Positions 1-7,474 of a stretch of 38,859 nt of DNA are shown here, one piece after another. Made by a program: the position numbers and the translations under genes. The first letter of the stretch is position 1, and every line of letters begins with the position of its first letter. The notes under the pieces were generated by a model that made no database searches, was not told the DNA's origin, and saw only the letters and a list, made by a program, of their open reading frames with translations. Where the stretch lies: positions 1 through 38,859 of the IMG/VR virus record IMGVR_UViG_3300032318_002324. One strand, written 5' to 3'. Origin of the DNA: a virus. Taxonomy: Duplodnaviria; Caudoviricetes.

Positions 1-33
1 TGTTGCAGAAATAAGTTTAACTTCGGGTTTCAT
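1..33 (-). CDS. 5' end of a gene running off the window; possibly FAD-dependent thymidylate synthase
   Basis: ATG at 33 reads MKPEVKLISAT, resembling the 'VKLIS.T' start of cyanophage ThyX; only 11 codons are visible. Confidence 0.35.
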   Translation of the reverse strand, partial: MKPEVKLISAT

Positions 34-197
34 TTTCCAAATCCTTTTGATGTATGTTTTTCCAATTCGGCAAGTTCATTTTCCACAACTCTTAATTGTG
101 ATTTCATTTCTCTGAGTTGTTTATCTGAATATAAATGTTCCTGTTTGATTAATCTTTTAAGTAGTTTAACCAATTGCCTCGATTTGCTAGTCATCAT
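30..197 (-). CDS. hypothetical coiled-coil phage protein
   Basis: ORF track 30..224; the likely start is MMTSKSRQ, overlapping the upstream small gene. Confidence 0.6.
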   Translation of the reverse strand: MMTSKSRQLVKLLKRLIKQEHLYSDKQLREMKSQLRVVENELAELEKHTSKGFGK

Positions 198-342
198 TAT
201 CCTCAAATACTTCATCGTAATCAATAATTTCTTGATTACTTTCTACTTTATTTGTGTGAACGTTTGAATAAATTTCTGCTTTTAAAGAATCCAAAAGCAG
301 TTCCATATTCCGTATAATCAGTTTAACTTTTTCTCTATCCAT
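187..342 (-). CDS. small hypothetical protein (51 aa, not in ORF track)
   Basis: Translated by hand: MDREKVKLIIRNMELLLDSLKAEIYS...DYDEVFEDNDD; AGGAG upstream; follows a promoter. Confidence 0.7.
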   Translation of the reverse strand: MDREKVKLIIRNMELLLDSLKAEIYSNVHTNKVESNQEIIDYDEVFEDNDD

Positions 343-363
343 ATAATAAAGTTGTCTCCTCTT

Positions 364-400
364 ATTTTAGCACAAAAAAAGGAGGGTATCAATCCCTCCT
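364..400 (-). promoter_or_regulatory. composite intrinsic terminator / sigma70-type promoter
   Basis: GGAGGG-ATTGATA-CCCTCC hairpin plus T7; TTGATA-17nt-TAAAAT with the -35 in the loop. Confidence 0.65.
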
Positions 401-406
401 CTTAAA

Positions 407-514
407 TCAACGCATTGCCATTGCTAGTTTTGCTTGATGTTTACGTTGTTCCTTTTCTTTTTGTTGTTTGATTAAAACTAGTTGCCAGTTGTTTTTAGTT
501 TTTACTTGTGACAT
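407..514 (-). CDS. 35-aa basic K/Q-rich peptide downstream of the glutamine riboswitch (not in ORF track)
   Basis: MSQVKTKNNWQLVLIKQQKEKEQRKHQAKLAMAMR; strong SD TAAGGAG; followed by a terminator. Confidence 0.7.
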   Translation of the reverse strand: MSQVKTKNNWQLVLIKQQKEKEQRKHQAKLAMAMR

Positions 515-547
515 TAGGTTTTCTCCTTAGTTGTTTAAATTAAAGAG

Positions 548-761
548 CGTTCCTTCAGTCGGCGTTTGCGTCTATTTTACACCTTTTGGGAGTAATCTGT
601 TTGATTTCCCAAATTAAATCATTACGAGTTTGTGGAGGCATATTTGCCTTCATAACTCTTCCAATAATCAATTGTGCCTGAAGGCAACTAAGTAAGAGTG
701 TTTCCATAGATGAACGATCCGTTCCGCGTCGGCTTACTTCCGACCCAAAATGGGTTGAACG
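548..761 (-). promoter_or_regulatory. tandem glutamine riboswitch-like aptamers (glnA RNA motif)
   Basis: Aptamer 1 (761-720): CGTTCA-ACCC-ATTTT-GGGT-CGGAAGTAAGCCGACGCGGAACG. Aptamer 2 (718-548): ATCGTTCA-TCTAT...ATAGA-CGCAAACGCCGACTGAAGGAACG. P1 CGTTC/GAACG, the CGGAAGTA junction and GAAGGAACG are hallmarks of the motif. Confidence 0.75.
555..707 (-). CDS. 50-aa ORF nested in the second aptamer (not in ORF track)
   Basis: METLLLSCLQAQLIIGRVMKANMPPQTRNDLIWEIKQITPKRCKIDANAD; ATG in the 5' P2 strand, stop in the 3' aptamer core. Confidence 0.6.
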   Translation of the reverse strand: METLLLSCLQAQLIIGRVMKANMPPQTRNDLIWEIKQITPKRCKIDANAD

Positions 762-774
762 TACTGTATATATT

Positions 775-805
775 AGTATAAAAATGAAAAAGTAGCAACA
801 GATAC
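775..805 (-). promoter_or_regulatory. NtcA-binding box with adjacent -10 element
   Basis: GTA-GCAACAGA-TAC (GTA-N8-TAC) at 792-805; TATACT at 780-775 on the minus strand just upstream of aptamer 1. Confidence 0.6.
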
Positions 806-829
806 TTTTACTGTATCGTGCTGCTACTT

Positions 830-1087
830 TTATCTGCGTTTTTTTGTTTCTTTTGGAACATACCCATACATCTTTGGACTTACTTTTCCGTTAGTCCATT
901 TAATTTCTTTGAGTGCTCCCTTTCCATATTCATCATAATAAGTATCAAAAACTTCTACTTTACCACCTGCTTGTACTATATCATATTTTTCTGTATCTTT
1001 TACAACATACGTTACAAGATAAGAGTTGATAGGAAGACTTCCATCTTTTGCATCAATTGGATCGCAATCTTTTTTTAAAATATTCAT
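830..1087 (-). CDS. hypothetical phage protein
   Basis: ORF track 830..1123; the likely start is MNILKKDCD. Confidence 0.7.
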   Translation of the reverse strand: MNILKKDCDPIDAKDGSLPINSYLVTYVVKDTEKYDIVQAGGKVEVFDTYYDEYGKGALKEIKWTNGKVSPKMYGYVPKETKKRR

Positions 1088-1104
1088 AATTATTTTCCTT
1101 GTAA

Positions 1105-1680
1105 TTAGGACCTTCCACCCCATTGAATATCAGGATATGCTTCAGAAACAATATCCTTATTGATTTTATATTTACTTTCAAGTTTTTTGTCTTTTACAAG
1201 ACAAACAATTTCTGCTTCCAGAGGATGAAGTCCTTCAAGCATATTAATAAACATCATTTCTCTACGAATAGAACTTAAACTATCGTTACCACCTCGGACA
1301 AAATTATAAAGCATCGTAAATTCTTTACGAAGAGTTGTTTTGCCACTTCTATCTTGAATTGTTCCCATCGACGTAGTGGAATAGTGCTCCATAGTTTCAA
1401 TTTCCTGTTTTACTCTATCAGAAAGATTTCCACTTACTTTAAAATCTTCTTTAAGATTAGAGTAAGGAATATCACCTTCTGGCAAAACAGATACTACGGT
1501 TTCATCAAAATTCCAAATAAAAATTGCTTTCAATGAATCATGTTCGTATGTTTTAAGTACTTCTACTTTCTTTGCCTTTGACCTTTGTTTTGAAGCAAGA
1601 GCAAGGATTTCAAACACAAATGGATTTGTAGGAAGAATTTCGAGTTCAGTCTCTGTCTTCTTCGTCGTCGTTGTCGTCAT
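1105..1680 (-). CDS. conserved T4-like phage hypothetical protein
   Basis: ORF track; FD..V.S.LPEG..PY and RREMMFINMLEGLHPLEAE motifs typical of a cyanomyophage family. Confidence 0.8.
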   Translation of the reverse strand: MTTTTTKKTETELEILPTNPFVFEILALASKQRSKAKKVEVLKTYEHDSLKAIFIWNFDETVVSVLPEGDIPYSNLKEDFKVSGNLSDRVKQEIETMEHYSTTSMGTIQDRSGKTTLRKEFTMLYNFVRGGNDSLSSIRREMMFINMLEGLHPLEAEIVCLVKDKKLESKYKINKDIVSEAYPDIQWGGRS

Positions 1681-1876
1681 AATCGTTTTCAAATCGTACT
1701 GCTAAAATTTCATCTGGTATAAGATTACCATTTTCATCAAACATTTCAGGATGTGTATAAATTTGTCTCATTTGATTTTCATACAAATGAGATTTCGTTA
1801 GCCAACCTATTACTCCACCCACTAATAAAAATAAAAAAGTTAATAAACAAAAAATGGTGAGTTCTGATGCTAACAT
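1646..1876 (-). CDS. small single-pass membrane protein
   Basis: Hydrophobic N-terminus followed by HPEMFDENGNLIPDEILAVRFE. Confidence 0.7.
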   Translation of the reverse strand: MLASELTIFCLLTFLFLLVGGVIGWLTKSHLYENQMRQIYTHPEMFDENGNLIPDEILAVRFENDYDDNDDEEDRD

Positions 1877-1893
1877 TTTTCTTCTCCAAGAGA

Positions 1894-2082
1894 CTACGTT
1901 TTTTTTATCATTCTTAGTTCAATTTTAAAATGTATCTCTCGTTTAAAAAGAGAAAACATTTTTCCAAAACTGAACTTTCTAGAATCCAATTCTGGTTGAT
2001 TTGTCCCTCCTTTTTTTCGAAGTATTAATTCAACACCACGATTGATGTTTGTTCTTCCAGAATTATTTATAGTACCCATCAA
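1894..2082 (-). CDS. hypothetical protein
   Basis: ORF track; start overlaps the glutaredoxin stop. Confidence 0.6.
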   Translation of the reverse strand: MMGTINNSGRTNINRGVELILRKKGGTNQPELDSRKFSFGKMFSLFKREIHFKIELRMIKKT

Positions 2083-2327
2083 AACATATTGTTCTCTTGT
2101 AAGTACTTTACAGTATCACTACATCCACCAATATGTTTTTGCTCAAAAACAACTTGTGGAAATGTAGATCCTTCACCAAATTCAGCATAGAATTCTTCCC
2201 TTGTGAATTGGGTTCCCAATTCATAACAAATGACTGGATATCCTTTCTTGATACTCAAATCATTTAGAACCATTTTAATTTTGTCGCAATAAGGACAACC
2301 TTTTTTTGAATAAACTGTGAAACTCAT
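2079..2327 (-). CDS. nrdC: glutaredoxin
   Basis: CPYC active site, TFPQV and IGG motifs. Confidence 0.92.
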   Translation of the reverse strand: MSFTVYSKKGCPYCDKIKMVLNDLSIKKGYPVICYELGTQFTREEFYAEFGEGSTFPQVVFEQKHIGGCSDTVKYLQENNMF

Positions 2328-2353
2328 AAGAATTATTAATAAGGGTTTAAAAA

Positions 2354-2737
2354 TTAAGAAGCATTATTTCTACGTTGACGATATCTATATAAAGGTTGTT
2401 TTTCTTTATCGTTCATCCAATTTACTATAGCATTTCTTTTTGCTTCTGTAAAGAAGTCTTGATTATAATACCAAGTTTCCCAATCAGTGTGGGCCTTATC
2501 ACGATTGCAAGATTCACAACAACAAATAACATTTGTAATAAAATCACTTCCACCTTTTGCTTGTGGAACTATATGATCGATTGTTAAGTTTTGATCAGAA
2601 TCACAATAAGCACATTGATGATTCCATTTTTCTTTAATTGATTTTCTCCACAATCGTTTTGCTTCTTGATTTGATAAAGTTTTAAGATTAAAAAGATATT
2701 CTTGTGGAGAAGTGTAAAGTTCCATAAAGTTTAGCAA
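2354..2737 (-). CDS. HNH endonuclease
   Basis: CAYC...TIDHIVP..KGG...N...CC..CN..K. Confidence 0.9.
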   Translation of the reverse strand: MLNFMELYTSPQEYLFNLKTLSNQEAKRLWRKSIKEKWNHQCAYCDSDQNLTIDHIVPQAKGGSDFITNVICCCESCNRDKAHTDWETWYYNQDFFTEAKRNAIVNWMNDKEKQPLYRYRQRRNNAS

Positions 2738-2744
2738 CTTATTT

Positions 2745-2867
2745 TTATTTATTATTAGTCTTAATCACTTCTATAAGTTCCTTAAGAGTAATGTAGATGT
2801 AATAAAACTCATCAGTATAAGTAATATCTCGATCTCTCTCAAAAATCAGTAATATTTTTCTCATCAT
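2745..2867 (-). CDS. small hypothetical protein (40 aa, not in ORF track)
   Basis: MMRKILLIFERDRDITYTDEFYYIYITLKELIEVIKTNNK fills the intergenic gap. Confidence 0.45.
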   Translation of the reverse strand: MMRKILLIFERDRDITYTDEFYYIYITLKELIEVIKTNNK

Positions 2868-3048
2868 ATTTTTTCTTACAAGCATCTTGTGCCCAAGCAC
2901 GACTTAGACTATTTACATGAGAACAAGATTTTCCAGATTCCCCACAGTAAGGACATTTAGCATCTGGGGGGTCTCCAAGATAACCCTCAGGTGTATACAT
3001 CTTTTTCTTTTTAAGATTTTTTGATTGCTTATGTTTTCTGTGATTCAT
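2839..3048 (-). CDS. small CxxC-containing hypothetical protein
   Basis: CPYC...C...C, possible zinc binder. Confidence 0.6.
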   Translation of the reverse strand: MNHRKHKQSKNLKKKKMYTPEGYLGDPPDAKCPYCGESGKSCSHVNSLSRAWAQDACKKKYDEKNITDF

Positions 3049-3350
3049 ACAACCACAGGATCTCCTTGACCTTGTGGTAGTTTAATTTGTGGTAGTTCAT
3101 TAATTTTTTCCACCATCCAATTATCCTGATGCTCTTTGTAACCAGTAGTATCAATCAAACTGGTTGGAAGTGCCTTTGGAATCTCAATGTCAATTACAGG
3201 ACTCATCAGAATTTTATTTCTTGTAATCGTTCGGTTTTGTGGATCAAACGCAACCATTGTCAGCGCGTCTATTTCATCACCACAATCAACAATCTTTCTT
3301 CCAGTCTTAGTGTCAATAACTGAAAAATAATCTTCGTTATACTTCTTCAT
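3045..3350 (-). CDS. hypothetical protein
   Basis: ORF track; coupled to its neighbours. Confidence 0.7.
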   Translation of the reverse strand: MKKYNEDYFSVIDTKTGRKIVDCGDEIDALTMVAFDPQNRTITRNKILMSPVIDIEIPKALPTSLIDTTGYKEHQDNWMVEKINELPQIKLPQGQGDPVVV

Positions 3351-3459
3351 TTTCTAATTCCTTTTCTTCATTATAAAATGGTTCTGGTTTTCTGTAAAGA
3401 CCAGGCCAAGTATCCCTGATAATCTCTGCGAATTTATAAGGTGTTTCCGAACTAATCAT
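3337..3459 (-). CDS. small hypothetical protein (40 aa, not in ORF track)
   Basis: MISSETPYKFAEIIRDTWPGLYRKP...; ATGA overlap with the upstream stop. Confidence 0.55.
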   Translation of the reverse strand: MISSETPYKFAEIIRDTWPGLYRKPEPFYNEEKELENEEV

Positions 3460-4163
3460 TTATATTTTTCAAGTGAGTAGATTCCATTTTTTTCTACAAT
3501 CGCAGAGCACGTATCACACCAATCACCACAGCACATATACAAAAGTTTATTAAAATATCTAACATTTCCATGATGAATATGACCACAAATTACACCATCA
3601 TATTTTTTATCTCTCTGAATACAATATGATGCAATATCAGTCTCATATTGATTGATATATTTTTTTCCTTTCACTGTATTCTTCAAAGCATAGACTAGAG
3701 AAAATTTAAAGAACCTCTCTAACCAAAAACTTAATGGTGTAATAATCTCATATCCCTTATTAAACATCAACTGCTTCCAAGATCCAGAAGAATACTCCGA
3801 ATACTTATCACCATGAACACAAAGAAATTTATTTCCTTTTGAGTCCTTGTGTGTATATTCTTCTACCATTCTGAAGTTCTTATGTTCAAAATCACAATAA
3901 CGACGAATTTCTGCTTCGTGATTTCCAAGAATATAAATGACCTCTGTTCCTTTCTTTGCCAAGTTTAAAATTTGATGAACACATTTTGTATGTTCCTTTG
4001 TCCAAAGGGTATTATATTTTTCCATGCAGTGAATATCAATAATATCACCAACCAATACTAACTTTTTGGTTTTTAAGTTTTTAAGAAAATTATAGAATTT
4101 TTCAGTATCACATCGTGGTGTTCCTAAGTGAACATCAGAAATAAAAACTGTATCGTAAGTCAT
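3456..4163 (-). CDS. calcineurin-like metallophosphoesterase, UDP-2,3-diacylglucosamine diphosphatase (LpxH)-like
   Basis: SDVHLG, GDIID, GNHE, HGD, GHIH and CGDW motifs. Confidence 0.88.
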   Translation of the reverse strand: MTYDTVFISDVHLGTPRCDTEKFYNFLKNLKTKKLVLVGDIIDIHCMEKYNTLWTKEHTKCVHQILNLAKKGTEVIYILGNHEAEIRRYCDFEHKNFRMVEEYTHKDSKGNKFLCVHGDKYSEYSSGSWKQLMFNKGYEIITPLSFWLERFFKFSLVYALKNTVKGKKYINQYETDIASYCIQRDKKYDGVICGHIHHGNVRYFNKLLYMCCGDWCDTCSAIVEKNGIYSLEKYK

Positions 4164-4165
4164 AA

Positions 4166-4327
4166 TCAGAATCTTGATGGAACGTATTCAATATCTTCAA
4201 GAATATTATTCAACATTTCTCCATATTCTTTAGATCGTTTATCTCCTGCGATGAAGGATCTCTGACGTATCCACAGAGCATCTGCCAGAAGTTTGATTTG
4301 GTCTTCTGTGAAGGTTATAGTTTTCAT
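4166..4327 (-). CDS. hypothetical protein
   Basis: ORF track 4166..4405; the likely start is MKTITFTEDQ. Confidence 0.6.
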   Translation of the reverse strand: MKTITFTEDQIKLLADALWIRQRSFIAGDKRSKEYGEMLNNILEDIEYVPSRF

Positions 4328-4433
4328 AGTTAAAAGGTAACTGTTGTATGTATTAGAAATCTTGTGCGACTGATAATATGAACATAATAACACCGAAAAG
4401 TTCAAAGAAAAAGAGTATTAGAAGAAATGCCAT

Positions 4434-4461
4434 AAAAAAAGGAGTTCTTTTGGAACTCCTC
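4434..4461 (-). terminator. intrinsic terminator after psbA
   Basis: GGAGTTC-CAAAA-GAACTCC followed by a T-run. Confidence 0.75.
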
Positions 4462-4483
4462 TATTTATTTTTTAGGTTTTATA

Positions 4484-5563
4484 TCAACCGATGGAAGGTG
4501 CAGTTAAGGCAACTTCAGTAGTAGAAGCAGTGGCAAGATCCAAAGGAAAATTATGTGCGTTCCTTTCGTGCATCACCTCTAATCCAAGTCCAGCACGATT
4601 AAGAATGTCTGCCCATGTATTAATCACATGACCTTGACTATCTTGAATTGACTGGTTGAAATTAAACCCATTCAGGTTGAATGCCATGGTGCTAACTCCA
4701 AGAGCAGTAAACCAAATACCAACGACAGGCCAAGCAGCCAAAAAGAAATGAAGACTACGAGAGTTGTTGAAGGACGCATATTGGAAAATCAAACGACCGA
4801 AATAACCGTGAGCAGCAACAATGTTATAAGTCTCTTCTTCTTGACCAAACTTATAACCGTAGTTTTGCGATTCAGTTTCAGTGGTTTCACGAACCAGTGA
4901 AGAAGTCACAAGAGAACCGTGCATTGCGGAGAAAAGACTTCCTCCGAAGACACCAGCAACTCCAAGCATATGGAAGGGGTGCATCAGGATGTTGTGCTCT
5001 GCCTGGAACACAAGCATGTAGTTAAAAGTACCAGAGATACCCAGAGGCATTGCATCAGAGAAGGAACCTTGTCCAAAAGGATAAACCAGGAATACGGCAG
5101 ATGCAGCAGCAACAGGAGCACTGTAAGCAACCATAATCCAAGGACGCATACCTAGACGGTAAGAGAGTTCCCATTCACGACCCATATAGCAGTAGATGCC
5201 AATGAGGAAGTGAAATACAACAAGTTGGAAAGGTCCACCGTTATAAAGCCATTCATCAAGACTTGCTGCTTCCCAGATAGGATAGAAGTGAAGTCCGATT
5301 GCGTTGCTTGAAGGAACAACAGCACCAGAGATGATGTTGTTTCCGTACATGAGTGAACCAGCAACAGGTTCACGAATACCGTCAATGTCCACTGGGGGAG
5401 CACCGATGAATGCGATAATGAAGCAAGTGGTTGCAGCAAGCAACGTTGGAATCATCAGAACACCAAACCAACCAACATAAAGGCGGTTATTGGTTGAAGT
5501 AACCCACTGGCAAAATTGTTCCCAGGAGTTAGTAGATTGTCTTTGAGCAATTGTAGCAGTCAT
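4484..5563 (-). CDS. psbA: photosystem II reaction centre D1 protein
   Basis: Complete uninterrupted D1 sequence (NRLYVGWFG...[13 protein letters not shown]); Glu at the position equivalent to residue 130. Confidence 0.99.
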   Translation of the reverse strand: MTATIAQRQSTNSWEQFCQWVTSTNNRLYVGWFGVLMIPTLLAATTCFIIAFIGAPPVDIDGIREPVAGSLMYGNNIISGAVVPSSNAIGLHFYPIWEAASLDEWLYNGGPFQLVVFHFLIGIYCYMGREWELSYRLGMRPWIMVAYSAPVAAASAVFLVYPFGQGSFSDAMPLGISGTFNYMLVFQAEHNILMHPFHMLGVAGVFGGSLFSAMHGSLVTSSLVRETTETESQNYGYKFGQEEETYNIVAAHGYFGRLIFQYASFNNSRSLHFFLAAWPVVGIWFTALGVSTMAFNLNGFNFNQSIQDSQGHVINTWADILNRAGLGLEVMHERNAHNFPLDLATASTTEVALTAPSIG

Positions 5564-5585
5564 TTTTCGTTAAAGGGTAAATAAA

Positions 5586-5680
5586 AGTCCAGGGGGAACT
5601 GGATAGTATAATATTTCCCACAACACCCTCCATTGTGGGTATGAGAGACTATGTTTAACCTCCCCATAGGTCTCGGTTAG
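5586..5680 (-). ncRNA. structured psbA 5' leader, PhotoRC-II-like
   Basis: Three hairpins at 5645-5674, 5617-5639 and 5588-5603, between the promoter and the psbA start. Confidence 0.65.
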
Positions 5681-5735
5681 GTAGAGGATTAATGTTAAGA
5701 AATATGAGGATTTCGTAACATTTGTTTACCTATTT

Positions 5736-5764
5736 ATCATACTACGGTTTTCTTCTGGTGTCAA
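5736..5764 (-). promoter_or_regulatory. sigma70-type psbA promoter
   Basis: TTGACA-17nt-TATGAT. Confidence 0.8.
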
Positions 5765-5766
5765 GC

Positions 5767-5791
5767 AAAAAAAGTCCCCTTTCGGGGACTG
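5767..5791 (-). terminator. intrinsic terminator
   Basis: AGTCCCC-GAAA-GGGGACT plus T-run. Confidence 0.85.
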
Positions 5792-5795
5792 AAAA

Positions 5796-6008
5796 TTATT
5801 CTACTACTTCCGTTTCTGAAAGTGGAATTTCTTCTGGTTCTGGTTCTGGAAGAGTTACACCTGTTTGTGTAAGATACTCAATCGCACCTTGAACCTTCAA
5901 AAAAAGTTCTCTTTTTGCTGTAGATTTAGTTTGCAGTCCTTCCAATTCAAGGGAGAGGTCTTGTGCTTGCTTTACAAGATTTGCAAGATGTTCTTGTTGT
6001 TCGGTCAT
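5796..6008 (-). CDS. small coiled-coil hypothetical protein
   Basis: ORF track; late promoter upstream and terminator downstream. Confidence 0.75.
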   Translation of the reverse strand: MTEQQEHLANLVKQAQDLSLELEGLQTKSTAKRELFLKVQGAIEYLTQTGVTLPEPEPEEIPLSETEVVE

Positions 6009-6029
6009 AAAAAATTAATTAATTCGATT

Positions 6030-6037
6030 TATTTATA
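6030..6037 (-). promoter_or_regulatory. T4-type late promoter
   Basis: TATAAATA on the minus strand. Confidence 0.65.
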
Positions 6038-6073
6038 TTATACCACAAGTAGTCAAATATTGAAAGTTATATC

Positions 6074-6081
6074 TATAAATA
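6074..6081 (+). promoter_or_regulatory. T4-type late promoter
   Basis: TATAAATA 25 nt upstream of the plus-strand operon. Confidence 0.75.
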
Positions 6082-6105
6082 CTTACAAACCTTACTCACA
6101 GAACA

Positions 6106-6567
6106 ATGAAAAGATTAGCACTTATCTTTTCGTTATTCTTTACTACTCCTGCTTTTGCTGGTGAAATCACATCAAAAATCACTGACTCCATTCAATTAAG
6201 CGTTCAGGGTGCAGCGGTACAATCAGAGAGAGTCGGTGCCTCATATGCAGTTTCAGGCACTAATATTAATGTAACAACTCTTGGAGGAGTTGGTGGAGCA
6301 GGTTCTTATGGCATCAACACAAACGGACAAGCATTTAGTTTCTCTGAAACATCAATTACTGCAGATGTTGATGTTACCTCTCAGTCGGCAGCTTCTGGAA
6401 CAATTGCTTCTCCCAACCTTTATAGCAACTCTACTACTCAATTAGGTGGAGATAAGGGTTCTCTTGCTGGTACTTTAAGCGGAACTGGTGTTCCAACAAT
6501 TACTGCTGGTGGTTCAGGAACAACTGGAACAGCACAACGTAGCGTTGAATTGAGCGTATTTAAGTGA
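6106..6567 (+). CDS. exported Gly/Ser/Thr-rich protein
   Basis: Signal peptide ending in PAFA; beta-rich mature part. Confidence 0.8.
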   Translation: MKRLALIFSLFFTTPAFAGEITSKITDSIQLSVQGAAVQSERVGASYAVSGTNINVTTLGGVGGAGSYGINTNGQAFSFSETSITADVDVTSQSAASGTIASPNLYSNSTTQLGGDKGSLAGTLSGTGVPTITAGGSGTTGTAQRSVELSVFK

Positions 6568-6926
6568 GACATATAACTCTCGGACTGGTTACAGTTCTGG
6601 GAGTTATAAGTCCTTCATACGCTGGACCCGTAACTCCCAACTTCACTAGTGGGACCATTACATCAGAAACTAAAACACGTACTGAAGTTATTGAAACTAT
6701 CAGGCAAATAGAATATACTACTGGAACATCTTATACAGTAACTGGCACCAACATCAATATACCAGGAACTCCTGCTCCTGGTATGAATTATACAATTCAA
6801 ACTCAAGGTGCTCCATTCCAATTTAGTGAGACTTATCTGACTCCTGGAGTGGCAAAAGAAACATGGATAGATCGCAAAACTACCGAAGATTCGGTAACAA
6901 ATTCAATATCTGTCTTTACACAATAA
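6564..6926 (+). CDS. exported Thr-rich protein
   Basis: GTG start overlapping the previous stop; signal peptide ending in SYA, then GPVTPNFTSG. Confidence 0.8.
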   Translation: MRHITLGLVTVLGVISPSYAGPVTPNFTSGTITSETKTRTEVIETIRQIEYTTGTSYTVTGTNINIPGTPAPGMNYTIQTQGAPFQFSETYLTPGVAKETWIDRKTTEDSVTNSISVFTQ

Positions 6927-7474
6927 CTGGAATATTATTATTAACACTTGCAGGTTCCACAAGAAGTAAAGCACAACAAGCACCAAGCAATACAAATATT
7001 GCAGGACCCTCAGCATCTGCTACTGGTAACGTAACTAACCAGGCAGTTCAGGTGCTTCAGGGTCCTTATGCTTTGAACACTTATGGTGGTGGAGTTTCTT
7101 GTCAGGGACCGACAATGAGTGTTGCACCATTTATACTGGGTAATACGAATGCAAGTCAAGATCCACAGTCGTTTCAAACATACAGTGGCAATGCTGGTAT
7201 CTCTTTAGGATTTAATTTTCCGCTTGATGGTTCATTACAAGAACTTTGTAAGGCAAGAGCTCGTGTAGAAATTTCAAGACAACAAGCAGAAGCAGATAAA
7301 GCAAGACTTGACTTTGAATTGGTGAGACTTTTGAAATGTGGAGAAGCAATCAAATCTGGTATTACATTTCACCCACAAAGTCCCTATGCAAAAATTTGTG
7401 CTGATATTATTGTGAAGTATCCAAGAGTACAGGATGTAGCAAATGGAAATCAAACCAATCCAAATAAGAAGTGA
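6863..7474 (+). CDS. exported or membrane-anchored hypothetical protein
   Basis: Hydrophobic N-terminal segment; four Cys in the mature part (SCQGP, LC, KCG, ICAD). Confidence 0.8.
   Translation: MDRSQNYRRFGNKFNICLYTITGILLLTLAGSTRSKAQQAPSNTNIAGPSASATGNVTNQAVQVLQGPYALNTYGGGVSCQGPTMSVAPFILGNTNASQDPQSFQTYSGNAGISLGFNFPLDGSLQELCKARARVEISRQQAEADKARLDFELVRLLKCGEAIKSGITFHPQSPYAKICADIIVKYPRVQDVANGNQTNPNKK

Noticed and set aside
813-827. Second NtcA-like site GTA...TAC
   Set aside because: The spacer is 9 nt, not 8. It is the other arm of an imperfect inverted repeat (789-830) that may simply terminate the upstream gene, which also tempers confidence in the first box
2354-2737. HNH gene as a mobile element
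   Set aside because: No flanking intron structure or target duplication; kept as a plain CDS
4484-5563. Group I intron or homing endonuclease in psbA
   Set aside because: The reading frame is continuous and of normal length; no endonuclease is immediately adjacent
5710-5730. HLR1 (RpaB) site at the psbA start
   Set aside because: Only one good half-site (GTTACGAA); the partner half-site at the right spacing is too degenerate
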